Source: Eledone cirrhosa
Taxonomy: Eukaryota
Length of the DNA: 64,000 bases
Assembly (NCBI GenBank): GCA_964016885.1
Contig: OZ024740.1
Span: 394,010,001 to 394,074,000 of the forward strand
Direction of reading: 5' to 3'
Part shown: one piece after another, positions 54,301 to 64,000 of the stretch
Numbering within the stretch: the first letter of the stretch is position 1
Layout: each line of letters begins with the position of its first letter
Position numbers and translations under genes: made by a program
The notes under the pieces: model-generated
What the model saw: the letters and a program-made list of their open reading frames with translations, nothing else
Told to the model about the DNA's origin: nothing
The model's database searches: none

Positions 54301-54650
54301 TTTTTTTTATTTATTTTTTTTTTTTTTTTTTATTGTGCAATGGCCATACTCGATAACGAGGGGGCAGCCATCATATGTATATTATTATTGTTGTTGTCGT
54401 TATTATTTTTGTTGTTATTATTATTATTATTATTATTGTTATTAATGTATGTGTGTGTGTATATGTGTGTGTGAGTTTGTGTGTGTGTATATGTGTATGT
54501 ATAAAAAAATAAAGAAATATATATATATATATATATATATATATTTCTTTATTTTTTTAATTTTTATTTATTTATTATTATTATTATTCTTATTATTATT
54601 TTTTTTTTTCTCGTGCAATGGCCATACTCGATAACGAGGGGGCAGCCATC
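53143..54650 (+). mobile_element. RTE LINE 3' fragment with duplicated terminus (54335-54372 and 54612-54650)
   Basis: ORF 53057..53899; the terminus motif occurs twice; (ATGT)n tail follows. Confidence 0.9.
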
Positions 54651-54864
54651 ATGTATGTATGTATGTATGTATGTATGTGTGTATGTATGTATGTATGTAT
54701 GTATGTATGTATGTATGTATGTATGTATGTATGTATGTATGTATCTATGTATGTATATATGTATGTATGTATGTATGTATGCATGCATGTATGTATGTAT
54801 GTATGTGTGTATGTATGTATGCATGTATGTATGTATGTATGTATCTATGTATGTATTTATGTAT

Positions 54865-55020
54865 ACGGTTGCGTGGTTAAGAAATTTGCTTCAGAATCAT
54901 GCAGCTTCGGGCACGGTTCCACTGTGGGGAACTTTGAGTAGACGTCTTCTACTAAGTTTTGGGTTAAATAATATCATGTGAATGAAATTTAGTTGGCGGA
55001 AACTGTATGGAAGCCTGTCA
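54865..55020 (+). mobile_element. Degenerate tRNA-derived SINE (second family)
   Basis: A-box-like gcgtggttaag, ggttccac, and tail gtgaatgaaatttagttggcggaaactgtatggaagcctgtc, similar to ~59120-59160. Confidence 0.5.
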
Positions 55021-55035
55021 CATACACACACACAC

Positions 55036-55073
<38 letters not shown>

Positions 55074-55119
55074 TGGAAAAGTAAATAACAACAAGAAGGA
55101 GTACAGGTACGAAAGGTGT

Positions 55120-55150
<31 letters not shown>

Positions 55151-55393
55151 TGCTTAAGTTATTGTTTTGTCTTATCTCTTACTCCACGGACAGCGCTTTG
55201 GCTTGTATCAGACATTATAAACGTGGGTGGACCAGAAGGAGCGTCGTTAGGGGTCTAAACTGTCAGAAGTCCATTTCGACAGCAAAAGACCTTTGAGCAC
55301 TGTGTCTTTTGCTTTAATTTTCATTAAAAAAAAAAAATCTTTTCGTTTTGCAATTTTTTTCGTTCGCTGTCTTTTCTTTGTTCACTTTTCTAG

Positions 55394-55491
<98 letters not shown>

Positions 55492-55541
55492 CAGAAAAAC
55501 CACAGATGTGAGAAAAACCACAGACCCTCCATCTCAACTCA

Positions 55542-55579
55542 CCTTTTGAAAAGCAGAAGAACTGCGAAACCGGTAAAGG
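55542..55579 (+). ncRNA. Compact type I hammerhead ribozyme, U3-A8 variant
   Basis: cctt-TTGAAAA-gcag-aagaa-ctgc-GAAA-ccgg-TA-aagg; stems I and II perfect, palindromic ACCGGT stem III. Confidence 0.7.
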
Positions 55580-55736
55580 AACCAAATAAATATATATATT
55601 TAAAAAGAAAATAAGACTCCAGTTGCATTTTCGATTTCATCTTTTTTTCTTTATACTTTCACTCGTGTAGGACACCTCGGTTATTTTTCAAGTTATAAAA
55701 AAACCTCACTTTCTAATACATATATATGTATATATA

Positions 55737-55781
<45 letters not shown>

Positions 55782-58700
55782 ATGTGTGTGTCTGTGTGTG
55801 TGTGTATATGTATATATATATATATATGTATGCATATATATATATATATGTATATATGTATATATGTGTGTGTGTGTATGTTTGTGTGTAATTGTGTTTC
55901 AAATGTATGTGCGTGGAGGAGGGGGTTTGTGCGATTCTGTCTTTCTCTATAAGGTACATGTGTGCAAATCTGTGTAATACACAAAGAGCGTGAACGTGTG
56001 ATGGAGATGTGTATTAATACACAAGCACAGATACCAAACAGATCGGATAAACTGAAGAGGAGAAAATAGAATAACACAGAAACAAACAAGAAACTAAAGA
56101 AACATAATAAGCGCCAAACGGAAAAACAAACAAGAATTTGATTGATGGATAAGCAAACTAGTCAGACTTGCTTGACTGACCAACGGATAGTGAGTTGGAT
56201 AGATAAGTTCAAAATAGCGTGAAGATTGACCAAGAGATGGGGTATATAAACAAACACCATAGTTTCCTCTTCCTTCCTTATTTATACCATCAATCATCAT
56301 CGCTTCGATAAAACCAGAAAACCTTTACGTGTTCATTCAGCTTCTAGAAATAGTAGAATTCTCTCGAACTACACATTAAAAAGGGTGCATTTGATAATGA
56401 AACTCAGGCTATAGGGGCTCATTTGATTTGAGTAGAAAAATGACTGACTAAAACTGAAACTTAAGGAATGATTTTTCGCCAATAATATCATTTTCGATGA
56501 ATATAAAAAATATTTTTTTATATTAGGCATCTGATTTTTGCCATAATTGGAATGATTTTTTCATGTTATAATTTTTTCAGAAACTGAAAGGAAATGATTT
56601 TTCGCTAAAAACATCATTACATTGAATATGTTAGATGAATGCCATCAGAACCACAAGTTTGCAAACGAACTTCTTTTTTATTTGGTAGGTCCCAATGAAG
56701 AGGCTATGGCCTTAGATTTTACAGGCCCTCCGTCATTGGGAGGATCGATGGTGTTAACGTACCGCTTAAATTCGGAAGTTCACTCATTTTGGAAATACTT
56801 GAAGGCGAGGGAGTTCTAGAGAACGTAGAGGACTTGATGTAGTGTTTAGTGTGTGATCTGGAGATGGAGTTGGATACATCATTAATGATGAAAGGAGGAG
56901 GGATGAGTGAATCAGCATCACTTGATTGGAGCTAATATGAGACTAGCTAACTCCGAATGGCAGAGAACATTGTAGCTGTTGTAGAAGAGGTTTTCTGCTA
57001 AACATTTACATTTTATTCTCAGCCATTTTAGATTTAAAAAAATATCCTAGGTATAGTATATCTAAAAAATATACAAATAAAATGATCGTGACAAGATCGA
57101 CTAGAAGCTAAACAACAACAGCAACAGCAAAAATAGCATAGAATTTGCTTTCAGCGCATATCTCTTTTCCCACCTAAATCCTATATAATGCAATAACCAG
57201 TTAACAAGAAAGTTACTTTGGGATAACTCAACTTGCTAAAAATAGCAATTGAAACTTCTTCAACTGATACCCTAACATTTTAGGAAAAGCACATTTGATA
57301 ATATGGGTCTGGACTCCCTGCACTTGCGAAAAGGAAGAGATAGTTACGGCTGTAATGCCTTTGATTATAAAATCTGATAAGAAATAACATAGGACTAAGT
57401 AACAACTACCAACAACGGGCCACAGTATATGGTTGCTTAACTCGCTTCAAATAGAAGCTAAATCTCTCTTAAATCACACCCTTCTGCCAAATCGGAAGGT
57501 ATTGTTGATGAGGTTTGTTCGATCAAGGCGTTCCTGGAGCAAAATAGCAACAACAAAACAAAATAAATCGTAGACCCTCTCTCCACCAATGTTTCTTTCT
57601 CTACATACATCTCTCTCATTAGCTATGTCCTCCTCTCTTTGTATCTATATTTCGTCTTTCTCTATGTACCTTTCTCTGTCTGTCTGCCTGTCTGTCTCTC
57701 TCTCTCTCTATTTATCTATCTATTTAACCATCTTTCTATCTATCCTCACCTCTCTTGCCACCTATATTTTCTGTAAATGTACGTAAATGTTTTCCTGTTG
57801 TATTGCATGAAAATTTGAAGTGCCCGAGGAGGGGTGAAATATTTGAAAGTCTAAGATATCTACCATGGTTTAATACATATCTGTCCTGAATTCAAGTGAC
57901 TTCTTTTTTCACTAAGTTATGCTCGCACTAGGGAGTTGTGAAAATGTGTGAGTGTGAATTAATGTATCTATATATGCAGGTTTATGTGTGGATATACTTG
58001 CACTAGTGTAATGAGAGTGCATCTGTAGTAAACGAGTGTATATATGCATGATTACATTTTTTGTGTGTGTATAAGGGTAAGTTTCTGGGGAATGAACCTA
58101 TGTACTTTTTTGTACATATTCGATCTCGGAAACTCTTTGGAGTGTTTTACAAAACTTTACTATATCAATAGATTGAATGTGGAAGATGCGAGTTAGTGTC
58201 TTTTGTTATTTCTTGGAAACCCCACCATTTTCTGAACTGTGTAAATTTTAGATCTCTGATAATAGGTACAGATAAGAAGATATAGTCTAGATACAAGATC
58301 TGCACATTAGTTCACCATATATATTATTTTTTCCCATAACTTATAGCGTACACATTCATATTTGCTGGGCAGTTTACCACTGTAACAGCGTATAAATGTT
58401 GTTCCCTGTTCCATGAAGCAAAAGCAGTTCTGTGGGGTTTGCAACGGATTACACTTTTTATTAGAATTCTTTGCCAGTATTCTCAAAGTTGTAGCTTTAT
58501 TCTGGTTATTGTGTGCCTATAACCTCTAGGACATTCTTCGTGCAGTTAATATTGTAAATAGTTTTGGCAACAATGTCATGTCTCATGAGAAAGTAATATC
58601 CTGTGGATATTTTTAGGCAGCTACTGATGATGTCAGTGATAACTTTGACACTGGTATGGCTCAACCAACATTTTCTATCACATCGGGGATATTCTTATCT

Positions 58701-61209
58701 CTTTTATTAATCAGATATTTAGTAGCTATCTCTTGTTCCTGAATTGCTATGGCATATTTTTCTAAGTGGGATTTGATGTATCTATCACAGTTTCAGGAGC
58801 GGCTACTCTTCCTGTCAATGTTAATATTGGTTTCTGAATATTATCTTCTAGCCTGTATGTCTCCACAAATAACGTCCTGCTCATATACCCGACTTCACAC
58901 ATACTCACACAAAAGAATAATACAGCAAAGAATGGATCGTAATTGATAACCAGCTGATGAAAGCAAAGGAGAGTTCAATCTTTTTACGTTTCATTTATTT
59001 TGTTTGATTTAATTTGAAACATCAATTTCACCTTTCGATATGAACACGATTTTAAATTGGCGTGGTATAAGTTCAAGTAGAGGTAAACTGAACTTGCTAG
59101 AGTGAGCCGACCAACGGATTGTTTGTGGAATTTGATAGATGGAAAGTGTGTAGAGACCCGATGAAGAGACAGATCATGTCACCTGGGTTAACACCATTTA
59201 CTGACCCTTGGATTCTTTTAGCGAAATTCACATCAATGCAAGCATGCGTGCCAGGTTTCTGATCTCTGGATAACCTCTTCTTTCTTTCCTTTTTACCCCC
59301 AACTAGTCTTGGAAGCCCTGATAAAATTTATGGTTGTTGCACTTCATCGTCTGCCTAAGGCATATAAATAGTTATATGACCTCTTAGAGGTTTTACCATT
59401 GACTCATGGGTTATTGGTTATTAATAATATTTTTAATGTTGTTGATGTCGACGAAGCTCATAAGTGACATGGTGGCTGGTTGGTGTGAGACTTAGAGCAT
59501 GATGAGCTTCAATTTGTTGTTGATAATGTTGTTAGTAATTTTTAAGGGTCTTGGGATTATGTTAGTGATTGTGGTTGTAGTAATTTGGATGAATCCAATA
59601 GAATTTTTGTTTGTGGTACTGGTGATTTGGAAGGTTATTGTGGGAGTTATAACTATGAAGATAGAGTTACTGATATTTGTGTAGGCTGGGGGCCGGATTA
59701 ATGATAGTTGTGGAGCTAAGGTTACTGATACATGCTGTGATGTAATTACTGATAATTATGTAGGTAATGATACTGCTAATTAGGATGGTAAGATTACTGA
59801 TATGTATAGAGCCCTCATTCGTAAAGCAGTAATAGTATTTTACCTTCTCATGCCATTGAATTATCATTGTAATGTTATGCCATAATAATCAAAGCAGCAG
59901 CGGCAGCAGTCAGCACCGCTACTGCTGCTACTGCTGCTGATGATGATGATGATAATGTCATTGACTTTAATGGTAGCGGTGTTGCTGTTAATAATGTTGA
60001 AATTGATGTTTATGTAAGTTAGTTGTTATGTGGCGATCGTAGTAATTGCAATGGAAGTAATACAACGAATAAATTTAGTGTAGAGAGAATGGTGGGGCTG
60101 AAGTGGCGGAGGGTGATGTGGAATTCGTAACGTTGGTACTCATGGGATATATTAGCAATAATGCTCGATTTTGTTTTAGTTGTAATTGTTGCTGTTGTTA
60201 TTGTTGTGCAGTGATGCCTAACACTCTACCATTTCCCATTTGTTTCCATATTTTGATTGCTTCTTTTATTGACAGCGGACACTCTGCAAGATTGATAGGT
60301 CACCAGTATGCAGGTTACGTTTGTTGTATGCACATGACAAATGATGATTTATTATTGTTGTTGCTGTTGTTTAGCCACAGGTCAGACTTGATTGAGCAAA
60401 CTTATGATCAAATACATTGCAGCCAAGACTAACCCATCTTTTCCCTTTCTGCAGGGGACCCAGGATCACATTATCCAACATATCCTTTTCTAAGGATAGG
60501 GCAGGATTTGCAGGAGCTTGACTTCTATTTCTAATAGTGCGGGAGACAATGTACAGGCTCCCGCGCTGGCTCATTACAGATTCTGAGTTAAATATAAATG
60601 GCGGTACTTTTTGTCTTCTCCTGTCTTGCATAAACGGAATTTGCAGGGTTTGACCTACTAATTCTATTGACTAATCTTATTAAAAAGGCTCAGCTAGGCT
60701 GATATCGGAGTATGAAGGCCATAAAATCGAAGCCAAACACTGGTCTTTAATTGCCCTTCAGGGCTTTGGAAGCATTTACGCACGAGAAGGCCCAGTCATG
60801 CGAATCTCATAATAATAAGGAAAAAACAAGCAGACAAACAAAAAGAAAAAAATACAGAAATAGAGAGAAAGAAGATATTGGAATGAAAATTAGAGAGGGG
60901 AGAATGGAAGGGAAATAGAAAGTAGGGAGGGAAGTATGAATAATAGTTTATTAGATAAATGTTTTGAATGAAGGGATTTGAACTCAGTTTTGTCAGTCTT
61001 GCTTTTTATTATTCGACATTAATAAAATAAGAAGCCAACATGTCACGGAGACGATTCAGTTGTATATAGCTCTCTACTCATAACAAGTATGTAACTTTGT
61101 GTCACTCTTAGAAATCATTACATTCAGCCGTGTGTTAGTGGTAGAGCTGATGTGGAAACGGATGCTCGGCAGTATAAATGTTGTTATTATTAGTGCTGTT
61201 GTCATTATT

Positions 61210-61632
61210 AGGGCGGTGGATTGGCCGTATCGGTAGAGCGTCGGACAACATATTTTGCAGCATAGAGTTCTGAGTTCTGAGTTCAAATCCCGCCGAGGTT
61301 AACTTTGCCTTTCATCCTTACGGGGTCGATAAAATAAAGTACCAGTCACGCACTGGGGCCGATTTAATCGACTTTCCCCTCCTCCTAAATTGCTGGCCTT
61401 GTGCCTATATAAGAAACTATTATTAGTGCTGTTGTTATTACTAGGGCGGTAGATTGGCAGTATCGATAGACCCCTCAGACACCATGCTTTGCAGCATAGA
61501 GTCATGGCTCTTTACGTTCTGGGTTCAAATCCCACCGACGTTAGCTTTGCTTTTCATCCTCACGGGATCGATAAATTAAAGCACCAGTAATGCACTGGGG
61601 AAATTGCTGGCCTTGTGCCAAAAGTAGAAAGA
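61210..61632 (+). mobile_element. Two tandem tRNA-derived SINE copies
   Basis: ggcggtggattggccgtatcggtagagcg (A-box), gagttcaaatcc (B-box) and the shared 3' core. Confidence 0.88.
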
Positions 61633-61651
61633 ATTATTAGTGTTGTTTGTT

Positions 61652-61862
61652 GCGGTTCTGTAGTGTTGGTGGTAGAATTGGTGTTGGTGTTGGCGGTTCT
61701 GTAGTGTTGGTGGTAGAATTGGTGTTGGTGTTGGCGGTTCTGTAGTGTTGGTGGTAGAATTGGTGTTGGTGTTGGCGGTTCTGTAGTGTTGGTGGTAGAA
61801 TTGGTGTTGGTGTTGGCGGTTCTGTAGTGTTGGTGGTAGAATTGGTGTTGGTGTTGGCGGTT
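61652..61862. repeat. 41-bp minisatellite, ~5 copies
   Basis: Unit gcggttctgtagtgttggtggtagaattggtgttggtgttg. Confidence 0.95.
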
Positions 61863-64000
61863 ATTATGGTACATGCAGTTATGACGGCAGTAGTAGCCAT
61901 AGTGCTAGTGGTAGATTTGATACGAATGGTAAACATAATGGTGTTGTTGTTAATGTTGTTGGTCGTAGTATTGATGGTGGTGGTGTCTCTGGTTGAGGTG
62001 CCGGTAGGTGAAGTGATAGGGGTGTTGTGGTGAAGTTGAGACGATAGTGGTGATAACCGTGTGGTAATGTGGCGGTGGGGGTGGTTCTGGCATTGGTGAT
62101 AATGGACGTGATGTTTGTGGTAGTGTGCTTGTGGAGAAGGTGGCGGTAACAATGATGTTAGATAGCAGGGTGGTGTTTATGGTAGGGGTTTGTGTTTATA
62201 ATGATGATGATGGCGGTTTTTATGGTAACTGTGATGGTGACAGCCTTTGTGGTATTGGTGGTGTTGGTGCTGTTGGCGGTGAATGTAGTGGTGGTGGTGG
62301 TAACGATGTTGGTAGTAGGGTTGTCGATGAAGGTGGTGGTAATATTTGCAGTGGTGATGGTGGTGATGAAAGTAATAGTTTTATTAGAAGCAGTAATTAA
62401 AGAGGTGATAGAGATTGTGTTTATAGTAACAGACATGATAGACATATAGTTTGTGATAGTTGGACTGTTGTTAATACGATAGACGTAGTGTTAGTGCAGG
62501 TGGTGCCAGTATAGGTAATGATGGTGGTGGAGGCGGTGATGCTGTTGGTGGTGATAGTGATGATGGTGGTGGTGGTGGATAGCTAACTGTTGTTGTTAGA
62601 CGAGAGATTTGGTCATGCGAATCTAATAAGAAAAATAAGAAAAACAAGAAAAACAAGAAAAACAAGAAAAATCTACAGAAGAGGAAACAGAATACGGAGG
62701 AAGAGTAGGAAGGGGTGGAGAGAAATACTGAGGAGTGGTAAGAAGGAAAAGGTTGTGAAATGAAGGTTAATATATTCACGAAGGCCAGAGGCTTAGTCTC
62801 CTCTTTCTCCTATATATATATCACCATTTTTTTAGTGTGTATATCACCACTCTGTCTGTCTCTATTTTAATCGGACCAGATGACAAACACCAGTCCCGAT
62901 ATTATCGAACATTTTTTGGTAATCTAACACGCATTGCCGTTGCCAAAAGCTAATCCTTTCGACGCTATCAGCAAAAAGTGCACACACACACGAACACCCA
63001 CCCACACGTACACACAGCTCCCCCACCCACATAAATACACTGCACCCCTCCTCCCATATACATACAGACACATACACGCAATTATATTTAGGGAATATTT
63101 GACCTCTCAATACTCTCCTTTAAACAAGTCAGCACCTAATCTTGAAATCGTATCGTTTGAGTTTATCAAGATTTCACGTGTTTTTGAACCGACACCAACT
63201 TATATATTTATTTATTCATATGTTTATCTATTCTTCATTTGGTGTTGTTGGTAATTTGTTCACGTTCCCTGCGTTAAAAATAACAATCTATAGAGTTTTT
63301 TGTTATCGTTCTGTACAGCTTTGTAAAATATTATATCCGGCATTGATTTTGATCTCGTAATTAGGTATACAGTCACAAATAGTCGCAAACCCACGCACAC
63401 ACACACACATACACCTGTACATATATACACACATACGTACTTGCATGTATACATAAATGTATACACATCTGTACATATAATCATTGGCAAATTTTGGAAT
63501 ATTACTAAGTGTAATAGTAAAGCTGGGATTTTTCAAGGAAAGAAAGAAACTATTTAAGCCAGAGTCTGAAAATACAATACCCAGGCAGAACAAGCAAAAT
63601 ATACGTGTATACTAAAATTAAAGATGCAACTCTTTACACTTCTTGTCCAAATTCCGAGCAGTTACTTTATTAGCTGATAGTAAAGTTAAACTAACATATC
63701 TGGTTATTGTAGCCACAATAAGTGTTATGAAATGGGAGAGCAAGAATAGAAACGCTTAAAAGGTATTATTAATGAAATGTTGGCCTTGTGCCTAAAGTAG
63801 AAACAATTAATGAAATGTTTTATTCCTAAAACTACGACTGCAAAATAGACCATATTTAACTGGTATTGATAAGAAATCTTTGGGCTGATCTTAACGGAGA
63901 TTAACTATGTAATGAAAGAATATGAATAAAGTCTGTTCATATTCCGGACTCAGTAACTAGATACTGTATATTTCTTTAAATACAAAAAAAAAAAAAAAAA

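Noticed and set aside
60371-60660. 86-aa minus-strand ORF as a host exon
   Set aside because: No recognisable domain, and it partly overlaps repeat-like sequence.
61210-61300. tRNA gene
   Set aside because: The A/B boxes belong to a multi-copy SINE head and no complete cloverleaf is evident.

Overview
Eukaryotic, repeat-saturated, AT- and microsatellite-rich DNA with no recognisable host gene. The tRNA-derived SINE family and the C2H2-tailed RTE LINEs suggest an octopus/cephalopod genome; this is inferred from recall and not checked by search. Contents: several RTE LINE copies, a ~600-bp non-autonomous RTE derivative stacked in (ATGT)n/(TA)n tails, two L1/Tx1-like 3' fragments, decayed R4-like and mariner fragments, a hAT MITE with an 8-bp TSD, about ten SINE copies, and a near-complete Penelope-like element (RT + GIY-YIG) with an inverted terminal copy. 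The main finding is a hammerhead-ribozyme (HHR) retro-system. A near-perfect 310-bp array (22873-26999; ~8.7 units in one orientation joined head-to-head to ~4.6 in the other) carries a minimal type I HHR in every unit. A diverged 317-bp sister array (49624-50488) has the same architecture, homologous outer end points and a U3-A8 co-varied catalytic core. About ten more HHR or HHR-like motifs sit in fold-back insertions within (TA)n tracts. Together these fit rolling-circle reverse transcription of small circular RNAs (retrozymes) mobilised by Penelope-like elements; the mechanism is inferred. All folds were done by eye and coordinates are approximate to a few bases.
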